NCBI GenBank assembly: GCA_029564175.1 | Contig: JAKQQL010000132.1 | Location: 1 to 20,179 of the forward strand | Reading direction: 5' to 3' | DNA length: 20,179 bases | From: Candidatus Cloacimonadota bacterium | Lineage (GTDB): Bacteria > Cloacimonadota > Cloacimonadia > Cloacimonadales > WRIO01 | In this document: positions 8,767-17,560 of the stretch, piece after piece | Numbering within the stretch: position 1 is the first letter of the stretch | Layout of the letters: every line of letters begins with the position of its first letter | The notes under the pieces: generated by a model | Told to the model about the DNA's origin: nothing | The model's database searches: none | Seen by the model: the letters and a program-made list of their open reading frames with translations, nothing else | Made by a program: the position numbers and the translations under genes

Positions 8767-10110
8767 TTATTTTTCGTGATCAAACTTGTAAATCATTGGA
8801 TAGAAAAACATAAATGCAATCAGTGTGGTTAATACATCAGTGATCGGCATTGCCCAGATGATACCATCAAACTGGAAGAAATGATTCAGAATAATGATAG
8901 AAGGTATATAAACCAGCCCCTGTCTGCATAAGGAGACAATAAGGGATGGAAGGGCTTTACCCATCGCCTGCAAAGTAACCATAAAAATCATTTGCAGAGT
9001 AGCAAAAGGAATCGCAAAAGTAAAGACCTTTAACATTCTACTGCCAAAATCAACGACATGAGGATCTTTTATAAATATAATGACGGCATGTTTGGAAAAA
9101 AGGATGAACAGGGTTATAAAAACAACAGACAGGCTTAAACCTAGTAAAATGGAGAAATTGAGTGATTCTTTTAAACGCTTGTGATTCTTAGCACCATAGC
9201 TATAACCCACTAAGGGCTGAATACCAGCTGCAAGACCAATAAAAGTAAAGATGACGATTGAAATCACTCTCTGGGCAACGCCCATTGCTGCCAGAGCATG
9301 ATCGCCATATTGTACTGCCAGTTTAAAAGAGATAGAACTGCCGACACTCATCATAATCTGACTGATGGAAGAAGGTAGCCCGATTTTTAATATTTCTGCA
9401 AACTGTTTGCCTTTAAAACAAAGGTCTTTGAGTGAAGGTGATGCCAGACTTTTCCCTTTCAGGTAATACCAGACATAGAAAATTAATGAAAGTATATTGC
9501 CTAATACCGTTGCGATTGCCGCCCCGACTACACCTTGTTTAAAAACAAAAATAAAGATTGGATCCAGGATGATATTAGCACCTGTACCAATAATCATACC
9601 CATTAAGGCAATCTTGGCACTACCTTCAGATCTGAGAAACTGACTAACTGCAAAGTTTAACATGATGGGTACAGCACCCAACATAATATAAGTCAGATAT
9701 TTTTTACAATAGAGTAATGTATTCGCACTGGTGCCGATTAAACCAAGTATCTGATTCATAAATATCAGTGAGAAAATGCTAATCAATATACCTGTAATAA
9801 TGATACATAAAAAGGAAAGAGTGCTGACTTCTTTAGCTTCCTTGTAGCGTTTCTCTCCTAACAGACGAGAGATAAAGGATGCACCTCCGTTACCAAAAAT
9901 GCCTGATATAGCCATCAACATCATAAATAAAGGCATGGTAATCGTAACAGCAGCCACCTGAAAAGGATCATTGAGCTGGCCAATAAAAAAAGTGTCAGTC
10001 AGATTATAGAGAATCTGTACCATCATACTTAGAATTGTTGGAATAATCAGTGAGATTACCGCCTTCTTTACAGGCATTTTTTCAAGCATAAAGATGTTTT
10101 TATGACTCAT
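8767..10110 (-). CDS. MATE-family efflux transporter (MepA-like)
   Basis: About 12 TM segments; PTILSMMVQILYNLTDTFFIG, LRSEGS, NIILDPIFIF, GVVGAAIAT, QPLVGYSYGAKN, QAMGKALPS; overlaps the marR stop. Confidence 0.94.
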   Translation of the reverse strand: MSHKNIFMLEKMPVKKAVISLIIPTILSMMVQILYNLTDTFFIGQLNDPFQVAAVTITMPLFMMLMAISGIFGNGGASFISRLLGEKRYKEAKEVSTLSFLCIIITGILISIFSLIFMNQILGLIGTSANTLLYCKKYLTYIMLGAVPIMLNFAVSQFLRSEGSAKIALMGMIIGTGANIILDPIFIFVFKQGVVGAAIATVLGNILSLIFYVWYYLKGKSLASPSLKDLCFKGKQFAEILKIGLPSSISQIMMSVGSSISFKLAVQYGDHALAAMGVAQRVISIVIFTFIGLAAGIQPLVGYSYGAKNHKRLKESLNFSILLGLSLSVVFITLFILFSKHAVIIFIKDPHVVDFGSRMLKVFTFAIPFATLQMIFMVTLQAMGKALPSLIVSLCRQGLVYIPSIIILNHFFQFDGIIWAMPITDVLTTLIAFMFFYPMIYKFDHEK

Positions 10111-10549
10111 GATGTACTTCCTCGTCTTCTAAAGGGGTATTTGCCTTGTCTAATAATGTTTTAAGCAGGAGATATTCTTCATCAGAATAATGCTGTTTAA
10201 AGACAGCTTCCACTTCTTCCCATGCATTTGTTACAATAACAGCCTGAGTTTTCCCCTTTTCTGTTAAAGTTGTCAGCATAATTCTTTCATCTTTAGGATC
10301 TGGAACACGATTAATCAGATCTTCCTTTTTCATGCTTTGAATCAGGGTACTGATAGAAGCAGGGGTAATACCCAATTTTTTTGCCATCTGAACTTGAGAG
10401 AGACACTCAAAATCAGACAAAACATGTAATATCATGGCATGCCCTGCGGTAACACCCTGCTTTTCAATATGAAGTCTGAAAGTCTCCCGTATATTCTTCC
10501 CTGTTTTAAATAATCTAAAACTGTTGTAATCTCTGATATGCAAACTCAT
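10100..10549 (-). CDS. MarR-family transcriptional regulator
   Basis: LSQVQMAKKLGITPASISTLIQSMKKEDLINRVPDPKDERIMLTTLTEKGK (winged helix with DxR and LT.KG); directly upstream of MATE. Confidence 0.92.
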   Translation of the reverse strand: MSLHIRDYNSFRLFKTGKNIRETFRLHIEKQGVTAGHAMILHVLSDFECLSQVQMAKKLGITPASISTLIQSMKKEDLINRVPDPKDERIMLTTLTEKGKTQAVIVTNAWEEVEAVFKQHYSDEEYLLLKTLLDKANTPLEDEEVHHES

Positions 10550-10571
10550 TCTTTATTCCTTTATTATATTA

Positions 10572-10600
10572 ATTAGTATACTAATAGTTAGATTCCTAAT
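10572..10600. promoter_or_regulatory. Tandem MarR-type operator sites
   Basis: Perfect 14 bp palindrome ATTAGTATACTAAT (10572-10585) and, 1 bp away, the related GTTAGATTCCTAAT (10587-10600); they lie between a - strand TTGACA (10624-10619) and the marR RBS. Confidence 0.72.
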
Positions 10601-10678
10601 TAATTTAATAAGATAATTTGTCAAACGAAAATGAGCTATAATATGATTTAATAAAAATTGATAAACACTAAAATGAAT

Positions 10679-10713
10679 AACGCTGATTTCATAGAAAACT
10701 ATGAATCAGCGTT
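10679..10713 (-). terminator. Long hairpin, probable terminator of the DUF5683-like cluster
   Basis: AACGCTGATT(T)CATAG-aaaa-CTATGAATCAGCGTT: 15 bp stem with one bulge, 20 nt after the stop at 10734; the following U-tract is imperfect. Confidence 0.65.
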
Positions 10714-10733
10714 TAAAATATTTTTATGGTATA

Positions 10734-11396
10734 TCAGAACTTGTAATTACAAGTTAAAAGCGGTTTAAACTCATGATTTAAACCAATGCCAATATCTGTT
10801 TTATTCTTTTTTGTTACTCTGGCTGCGTTGAATGCGCTGGCAATGTGGTTAGCGATAATCGCTCCACTCACCGCTTTTGCCAAATCTTTAAATTCATTGG
10901 AATCTTTTCTCATAATTCTGTATTTATTCTGATCTGCGACTGAATCCCATGCCCAATAGATATCTTCAGGCAGAATATTTGCTGATATATAGTTCGTTTG
11001 AGCATCTGGATTATCAGGATATAAACTCATGGCTGCTTTGACAATGCTTTCATTATATCCACCCGAGTTATACCCAGAACTATTATATTTACCGACTATT
11101 AGTCTAAGATTTTCATCTTTTATTTTATAGGGAATATGAGCTTTTTTGCATGCATAAAGCAAGGATTGATTAATCTTATTATCTGATTGAAGTTCAAAAT
11201 ATTTATAACTTAGAATCAGAGAGGCTTCAGAAGTAAAAAATACATAAGCACTTTTATGGTTTTGAGATAATTCTCCCCAGCCGGGTATAAGAGCAGATTT
11301 TAAGAAAGAGACTATTTTTTTGGGTTGTTTATCAGTTGCGGCTAAAGCGAAAGTGATGCTTAGCAAAAGCATTAAACAGAATATTTTATGTTTCAT
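10734..11396 (-). CDS. Exported DUF5683-like protein, paralog 3
   Basis: Sec signal peptide (ALA-A), KSALIPGWGE motif, NHIASAFNA motif, C-terminus LLTCNYKF; GAGGT RBS. Confidence 0.65.
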   Translation of the reverse strand: MKHKIFCLMLLLSITFALAATDKQPKKIVSFLKSALIPGWGELSQNHKSAYVFFTSEASLILSYKYFELQSDNKINQSLLYACKKAHIPYKIKDENLRLIVGKYNSSGYNSGGYNESIVKAAMSLYPDNPDAQTNYISANILPEDIYWAWDSVADQNKYRIMRKDSNEFKDLAKAVSGAIIANHIASAFNAARVTKKNKTDIGIGLNHEFKPLLTCNYKF

Positions 11397-11415
11397 GATT
11401 CTACCTCTTTATAAA

Positions 11416-12093
11416 TCAGAATCGATATTCATAGTTTAGAGTGATTCCTTTACCATCTGGTTCTGGAATAGCATAAACATGATGTCGGTTATAGTTTTTT
11501 GTTGTTTTAGCTGCATCAATAACAGAGATTAAACGGTTGATTAACAAAGAACTGAATGCAAAATTAGAGTAGATGATATATTTTTGTCTTCTATTTCTCA
11601 TATCTTTAAACTGTAATCTATTTTCTTCAGTCTGCCAATCCCATGTTTCATTACCTGTATAAAGGTTTTCTGCCAGATATTGCTGATAAGATTCAGGGTC
11701 ATTCTGGACTAAAAGGAAATAGTTACGCGCTTTGAGAATAATTTCCTGATTGTATGCATCACTGCTAATGTAGCCCTGCATCACATTAAATTTACTGCTT
11801 GAGGTATTAGGGTCTGCACCTGCTACAGTTACAGCATACTTTTTGTAGGTATTTTCAGTCCAATTTTTTTCTGCATCAAAACGAGTTTTTCCAAACCATA
11901 AAGCTGCTTCTGTTGCAAGAAATACTCCTGCTTTGGTTTGATTGCCTGCATAAAGCTGTCCTGCTCCAGGGATGATTGCTGAAAATAAAACTGCTTTTTT
12001 TACAGATTTTGGATTTTCTGCAAAAAGAGATCCAGAAGATGAAATTAACATCAGCAAGATAAAGACAAATGATTTAAATAGAAATTTTTGCAT
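11416..12093 (-). CDS. Exported DUF5683-like protein, paralog 2
   Basis: Signal peptide (LFA-E), KSVKKAVLFSAIIPGAGQLYAG, NRLISVIDA, C-terminus ITLNYEYRF. Start moved to the ATG at 12093 because GAGGT overlaps the upstream TGA. Confidence 0.7.
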   Translation of the reverse strand: MQKFLFKSFVFILLMLISSSGSLFAENPKSVKKAVLFSAIIPGAGQLYAGNQTKAGVFLATEAALWFGKTRFDAEKNWTENTYKKYAVTVAGADPNTSSSKFNVMQGYISSDAYNQEIILKARNYFLLVQNDPESYQQYLAENLYTGNETWDWQTEENRLQFKDMRNRRQKYIIYSNFAFSSLLINRLISVIDAAKTTKNYNRHHVYAIPEPDGKGITLNYEYRF

Positions 12094-12101
12094 AAATAAC
12101 C

Positions 12102-12989
12102 TCAAAACTTATAAGACAGATTCAATAATGGAGTTAGTTGGTTATTAAAAATTACGGGTGATAATGTTGGCTCGATAGAGGCTGTTTTAATATAGTTGCG
12201 ATTGTATTTTTTTGCAGTTCTGATTGCATCAATAGCACTTATCATGTGGTTGGCAACCAGTAAGAATCTGAGGTTATCAGCATTACTGTAATAAACTTCA
12301 GCATCTTCTCTCATGTTGATGTATTTTTGTCTGCGTGATGATGAATTTCCAGGACTGTCATAAGCATTCGGATCATATCCTGCTGGTGGATTGATTGGTC
12401 GGTTACCAATCCATACGATATCAGATTGATTTCCTGTATCTGTTCCTGTAAACACCCAGTTACACTCAATATTGGAAGCATCAAGTTCTCTGACATAAGT
12501 CGCATACCAGTCATCCCAACCAAAGATATATTTATTGTATTTGCCGATATCTTCGTAGAAATGTTGGGTATTGGTCGCATCCAGTCTAAAATGGTCATCC
12601 GTGTAGATATCATTTGGATACTTCGCAATTAGATTATTCTCAGCTTTACTCTGTTTATCTCTTGAATAAAATGTGTTTGCGTATTTTTCATAATCATTGG
12701 TGATATCATTTCCTTTGGAGTAGTTGTGGATGTAGCTTGTCCATAAAGCAACTTCAATCACAGGAAATATGTAGGTTAAAACTGATTTTTTATTAACATA
12801 GAACTGACCAGCACCCGGGAAAACAGCAGAATAAAGCATGGCTTTCTGCGCCGACTTCTTTTGATACTGTACTTGAATAATATTGTCTTTTAATACTTTT
12901 TCGTCATTCTTTAAATCATCTAAAATCTGAGCATGAATAAAGGTGATACTGACTGCGAATAACAGACTTAATAATACAAACTTCTTCAT
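12102..12989 (-). CDS. Exported DUF5683-like protein, paralog 1
   Basis: Signal peptide (IHA-Q), KKSAQKAMLYSAVFPGAGQFYV, NHMISAIDA, C-terminus LLNLSYKF; GAGGAG RBS. Confidence 0.7.
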   Translation of the reverse strand: MKKFVLLSLLFAVSITFIHAQILDDLKNDEKVLKDNIIQVQYQKKSAQKAMLYSAVFPGAGQFYVNKKSVLTYIFPVIEVALWTSYIHNYSKGNDITNDYEKYANTFYSRDKQSKAENNLIAKYPNDIYTDDHFRLDATNTQHFYEDIGKYNKYIFGWDDWYATYVRELDASNIECNWVFTGTDTGNQSDIVWIGNRPINPPAGYDPNAYDSPGNSSSRRQKYINMREDAEVYYSNADNLRFLLVANHMISAIDAIRTAKKYNRNYIKTASIEPTLSPVIFNNQLTPLLNLSYKF

Positions 12990-13006
12990 AGATTACTCCT
13001 CATTAA

Positions 13007-16000
13007 CTATTTAACAACTGCAAATTTGATTCTTTTTTTTTGATTAATTCCATCTGATAATATTGCAAAATAAACACCACTGCTATAGTTAGATACATTT
13101 ATCTGGCAATCCTGGAAAATATTGGATGTTTTTTCGAGTAGATTCTCATAGACGATATCTCCATTAATATTATAGATTTTTATCTTAATATCAGCTTTGG
13201 CATTTTCTATTCTGATTCTTGCATTAGATTTCATAACCGGATTTGGATATACATAAGCATTTATCAAGTTTGCAGGATTCATATCTAAAATATTACCGTT
13301 ACAAAAACCATTTAAGCTGTTTCTGTATGCATTCCACGCAATATCAGAATTTGATGAAAGCGGTTTCCATGATAAATAAACATTGTTGTCCATATCTGTG
13401 TATAGCAAATAGAGTCTGTTGCTCTGTGTTTCCTTAAACCATACAGGATCTGTCTGACCTTTTTGCCAGGACATGGTATAATCTAAACTGATTTCTGCCT
13501 GATGATTTACACCAACAATACCGGATTTGCTATCATTAAAAATACTGATCAGTTGACTGTCATTTTTTAAAGTAGTCACAAAGGAGTCTTCCTTTATGCT
13601 AAAATGATTCAATTCCATAGGAAAACCAGGCGCAAAAGTGCCATCATTATAAATGACAAAGACCTTATTGTCTGCTCCAAAACTGATATTCAGTTGATGA
13701 TTCAGATCAACAGCCAAAGCGATTTGTGAAGGATGTTTTTGAGTATATTGGCTTGTTTCAAAGATTATCTGCGTTTTTATGCTATTATTATAGGTAATTT
13801 TCCTTAAAGTCCCTGAATCAGACATGATGTAAAATTCAAGATCACTATTACTATTATTCTGAAAACAAACTGGTTCATAAATCGTGTGCGAATCTTCCAG
13901 TATCGTACTTTTTAATAAGGCAAATTCATGATTTAGAATAGAAAACTGCTTCTCTGATAAGATTGCAAAGTATTGATCTGATGCGATTAATTTTCCAGTA
14001 AGTGCTGTAGTTGTTTCCAGGGTAAAGAGGCAGGTACTACCCTGTAATTCCATCTTGTAGAGATCACTCTTATTCTCAAAAGGGATTAATATATATGGAA
14101 TACTATTCTTGTAAAAAACCACAGGATTTTCTTTTACTGGCTCAGAAAATAATTTTTCCTGATAAATATTCTGGCTAACCAGACTTAATTTATTATCTTC
14201 TATGATAATCAATGTTTCAGATCCATTCTGGTTTAGATCTACTTTTAAAGCAGGAAAGGTCGGGTTAAATATTACATCATAAGTCCAGAATGAGCTCCAT
14301 GAATCATCTGAAGAACTATAGTTATGAGAAAGGAATAAACTTTCATTATCGCCTGAAATCATCATATCAGAAGCAGTATCAGCAACAAAGTTAATAACAG
14401 GAGAAACAAAGTTTAAAGAGTCAGGTGATAACAATCTGATTGTATTATCAAAAATTGTGTTTGAAATTTTGAATGACATAACAGGTTTTGCTTCACTGAT
14501 AGAATGTATTGCCCAAGAGCTGGGCTTGTTATCATTGGTGTAAAGTGCTGGTTTTGTAAAAGCAGACAATGAATCATTATGAATGTCACTGCTCCATTGT
14601 ACAAACATCCCATTTTGGTCTAAAACTGGTTTATTTCTAAAGAAAAATTCATAGGCTGTACCTGTCCAGAACCACGAAGCAGGGTTACCCAGATCAGGCA
14701 GATTATCTGCTTCAATTACTCTAACACTGCGCTTAGCGAAGAAAGTATTAACCGAATTATTTTCAAAATTACTGACAAACTCACCATCAGAGCCAGTAAA
14801 TCCTGTATCAAAGAGTCGCTGATTATCAATATGCCAGATCAGTAAGCCTCCCCCATACCAGTTTCCATTCATATCCATCCAGCTGGGCAGTAGCCAATCA
14901 TATTCATAGGTGAAATCTTCTCCCACGTAAGGACATGGATAAAGAGCAATTCTCCCATTTAGAGCAGATTTCATTGAAGTACCACCATCTCCGTCAGGGT
15001 CTATACTTCTGTTTTCAATCAACAGGTATTCTTTATCATTGAGTGGAATTTCATAAAAATTAGGTATATTATCAGGGATATACTTTGTTTCAGCAGCCCT
15101 AATCAACTGGTCATTTCCAAAATCAACATACTTAGTTGAAAGTGAGCGGGTAATACCCTTTTCTTTGTAGATATCACCAAATATAAGATTTCTTGACCAG
15201 GCACCAGGCATTGCAGGTAAAGCGCCTTCAATTGCATAATATTTATTCGGAATATCTGCATCAGGAATCGTAATCTGACCCTGTCCACCTGAGTCCATAA
15301 TATCAAAAACGCCTACCATGGGTCTGGAATTAGCAGTATTGTACAAATCCACCAATCCTAAAGAATGACCAAATTCATGAGCAAAGACGGCATTCACAGC
15401 ACCATATCCATATACATAAGTATAATCTCCTTCAATACTTTCGTATGTATCTTGTGTGATAGTCTCCGGCACATTGCAGGCATATGAAATGATAGTGGCT
15501 CCATCATCAACAATCACTTCCTTACCTGTCCCTACACGTATAAAGAAAGAAGGGAGATCAGAAGGAGAATTTCCCTGAGTATCGTGTTGCCAGTCTGAAC
15601 CGGCATGAATAATCATATAATGGTCATAATTAGCAAATACTATTTCAGGATCTAAATCTGCAACGGTAAAAACATCATGAAAATATTCTTCGATGCGACT
15701 GATAAAGAGACTGCTACTACTATTGGCAGGATGATAATAAGCCATTTCATGAGGCAGGGTATAAGCTTGCTGATTTTTAGGATAAACATTATAATCAAGC
15801 TGATAATTTTCATAGCTCACTGCCCGATAGTAATATTTCAAGGCCTCCATATGAGTTTCATAATACTGTCTGTTTCTTGGAGGGCTATCAATTATAAATT
15901 TATAACTTGTATCTGGAGAAGTAACGAACTTACCGTTTCCAGTTGTGTTAGGATTATTGTCTTCCTGAAAATCGACAAGAAGTACTAATAATTTGTTAAA

Positions 16001-16186
16001 ATTGGGTGATTTGGCATCTGCCTGATAGGATTGATATTGCTTTGAAAAATAGTCACTCGCAGGGTGACGCTTGGGTAAAGTTGTTTTTTTGAAATCTTTT
16101 TTGCCAAAGATAATTTTGTCATTCTGAGCAAGAATTTGAGTACAAAAAATTACAATCAGTACACAGATAATCATCTTAATTTTCAT
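13007..16186 (-). CDS. Secreted M6 (immune inhibitor A-like) zinc metalloprotease with T9SS type A-like C-terminal domain
   Basis: Signal peptide, LLVLLVDF, IIHAG, zinc motif HEFGHSLGLVDLY (HExxHxxGxxD), Met-turn DIMDSG, EYLLIENR, GLLIWHID. C-terminus YVYPNP...IKIYNINGDIV...SSGVYF...KFAVVK. ATG at 16186 after AAGGA is preferred to the TTG at 16213. Confidence 0.85.
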   Translation of the reverse strand: MKIKMIICVLIVIFCTQILAQNDKIIFGKKDFKKTTLPKRHPASDYFSKQYQSYQADAKSPNFNKLLVLLVDFQEDNNPNTTGNGKFVTSPDTSYKFIIDSPPRNRQYYETHMEALKYYYRAVSYENYQLDYNVYPKNQQAYTLPHEMAYYHPANSSSSLFISRIEEYFHDVFTVADLDPEIVFANYDHYMIIHAGSDWQHDTQGNSPSDLPSFFIRVGTGKEVIVDDGATIISYACNVPETITQDTYESIEGDYTYVYGYGAVNAVFAHEFGHSLGLVDLYNTANSRPMVGVFDIMDSGGQGQITIPDADIPNKYYAIEGALPAMPGAWSRNLIFGDIYKEKGITRSLSTKYVDFGNDQLIRAAETKYIPDNIPNFYEIPLNDKEYLLIENRSIDPDGDGGTSMKSALNGRIALYPCPYVGEDFTYEYDWLLPSWMDMNGNWYGGGLLIWHIDNQRLFDTGFTGSDGEFVSNFENNSVNTFFAKRSVRVIEADNLPDLGNPASWFWTGTAYEFFFRNKPVLDQNGMFVQWSSDIHNDSLSAFTKPALYTNDNKPSSWAIHSISEAKPVMSFKISNTIFDNTIRLLSPDSLNFVSPVINFVADTASDMMISGDNESLFLSHNYSSSDDSWSSFWTYDVIFNPTFPALKVDLNQNGSETLIIIEDNKLSLVSQNIYQEKLFSEPVKENPVVFYKNSIPYILIPFENKSDLYKMELQGSTCLFTLETTTALTGKLIASDQYFAILSEKQFSILNHEFALLKSTILEDSHTIYEPVCFQNNSNSDLEFYIMSDSGTLRKITYNNSIKTQIIFETSQYTQKHPSQIALAVDLNHQLNISFGADNKVFVIYNDGTFAPGFPMELNHFSIKEDSFVTTLKNDSQLISIFNDSKSGIVGVNHQAEISLDYTMSWQKGQTDPVWFKETQSNRLYLLYTDMDNNVYLSWKPLSSNSDIAWNAYRNSLNGFCNGNILDMNPANLINAYVYPNPVMKSNARIRIENAKADIKIKIYNINGDIVYENLLEKTSNIFQDCQINVSNYSSGVYFAILSDGINQKKRIKFAVVK

Positions 16187-16211
16187 GTATGTTTCCTTTA
16201 TTAATCTTGTC

Positions 16212-16310
16212 AAAAAAAAAGAGACGCACAGGGAAACTAATCCTGGAATCCTTTGTAAATCGACATTTTATGTCTTTTACACAGCATTCGTTATGCGTCT
16301 CTATCAGAGA
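16212..16310 (-). other. Branched RNA structure closing in an 11 bp stem plus U8 (terminator- or attenuator-like)
   Basis: AGAGACGCAUA (16302-16292) pairs with UGUGCGUCUCU (16230-16220), followed by U8, and encloses a long imperfect hairpin (16289-16246). Confidence 0.6.
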
Positions 16311-16315
16311 ATTAT

Positions 16316-17374
16316 TTAGAATTCAAGACCGATGGAGAATGTTTTGTTGTAATCAGTCATTTCTCCACCTTCCTGCATTGCAAAATCAAAGCTCAACTTA
16401 TATTGATTTGAGAATGTGTACTGGACACCGGCGCCAAAGTGGGGACCCATGATACTACCGGCTTTATCATAGATGTAACCAGCTCTGAGAGCCAGCAGAT
16501 TTAAATAAATGTATTCACTGCCTACGTTAAAAATAGTCGATTCAATTTCCTGATCTGTTGGATCATCAGCCCATGCGGTGACTAAACGGGCTAAGACAAA
16601 ATCATCATTTGCCAGCAATTTGTTCATATCAGCATTAACAGTGAATTTATTAAATTCATTTTCAACAGCACGATATGAGAAACCCATTCTCCAGTTTAAT
16701 GGTAATGGATCTGCCTGATCCTGGTTGATAAAGGAGATGTTCGGTCCAATATTCTGGATGTTCAAGCCAAAATCAAGTCCGTTTACCAGCAGATTTTTCT
16801 TTTTAAGACCAAGATCAAAAGAGTAGCTCATACCACGACCCTTTTCATTTTGTTCAGTTTGGCCAGTACCTTCCGGAGATAAATCACTCAGTATAAATTT
16901 AAAAGTAGCGCCAATTCCCAGCTCATCACTGTATTGATAAGCATAAGAAGAAGCAATCGCAATTTCATAACTTTTAAATGTGCCTTCTGATTGATTCTGT
17001 TCATTAATTCTTTCCTGCTCTCCGTAAGTCAGGTACAGAATATGAAAACCAAGATTTCCAGATAAATCTTCAATATATTCATTATAAGCCAGGTATTCAA
17101 AATACATATCGTTAATACCATCAACATCACCAAACCAATTGGTATGCATACCTGCAATCTGGGTTTTACGGTTAAAGGCCAGCGCACCTGGATTCCAGTA
17201 GTTTGCAAATGCATCATCTGCTTGAGCCACATAGGCATTACCCATACCTCCTGGACGAGATCCTGGCTCAATTGTCAGGAAAATTACACCAGCTTCAGAT
17301 ACAGCAGATAGTAATACAGGGCATAAAATCATGATTATAGTAATCATTCCAAAAAACGTATGCTTTTTTAGCAT
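16316..17374 (-). CDS. porV: PorV/PorQ-family (UPF0164) outer-membrane beta-barrel protein
   Basis: Signal peptide, FLTIEPGSRPGGMGNAYVAQADDAFANYWNPGALAF, GLNIQNIGP, DPLPLNWRMG, GSEY...ALRAGY, terminal beta-signal FSIGLEF; GGAGG RBS. Confidence 0.82.
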   Translation of the reverse strand: MLKKHTFFGMITIIMILCPVLLSAVSEAGVIFLTIEPGSRPGGMGNAYVAQADDAFANYWNPGALAFNRKTQIAGMHTNWFGDVDGINDMYFEYLAYNEYIEDLSGNLGFHILYLTYGEQERINEQNQSEGTFKSYEIAIASSYAYQYSDELGIGATFKFILSDLSPEGTGQTEQNEKGRGMSYSFDLGLKKKNLLVNGLDFGLNIQNIGPNISFINQDQADPLPLNWRMGFSYRAVENEFNKFTVNADMNKLLANDDFVLARLVTAWADDPTDQEIESTIFNVGSEYIYLNLLALRAGYIYDKAGSIMGPHFGAGVQYTFSNQYKLSFDFAMQEGGEMTDYNKTFSIGLEF

Positions 17375-17456
17375 CTCAATCCTCCACGTATTTATTTGGT
17401 TTGGGTGTTAAAGTCATTATTTTGAGGTAAGACTAACAATAGTCCTCCAAAAAGTA

Positions 17457-17543
17457 TGGTGCCGAAGACCGGACTCGAACCGGTATGGGTTTACACCCGG
17501 AGGATTTTGAGTCCACTGCGTCTACCAATTTCACCACTTCGGC
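17457..17543 (-). tRNA. tRNA-Leu (anticodon CAA)
   Basis: - strand GCCGAAG TGGTGAAATTGGTAGACGCA GTGGA-CTCAAAA-TCCTC CGGGTGTAAACCCAT ACCGG-TTCGAGT-CCGGT CTTCGGC A CCA: 7 bp acceptor stem, long variable arm, T loop, encoded CCA. Confidence 0.97.
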
Positions 17544-17560
17544 ACACTCTATAATAATGA

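Noticed and set aside
16187..16213. TTG start at 16213 for the protease, and TTGACA there as a -35
   Set aside because: The TTG lies in the U-tract of the RNA structure with no SD, while the ATG at 16186 has AAGGA and gives a normal signal peptide; the TTGACA is too close to the start to serve as -35.
16246..16310. Hammerhead ribozyme or SECIS reading of the porV 3' structure
   Set aside because: CUGAUAGA does not match the CUGAnGA core and no GAAA is correctly placed; no in-frame UGA or AUGA/GA quartet.
12311..17271. Alternative-frame or antisense ORFs at 12311, 12426, 13243, 14413, 15103, 15677, 16189 and 17029
   Set aside because: Nested in or overlapping longer motif-supported genes; no RBS or domain signal.
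17457..17543. tRNA as attachment site of an integrated element
   Set aside because: No duplicated tRNA 3' end, integrase or phage/ICE genes noticed in the window.
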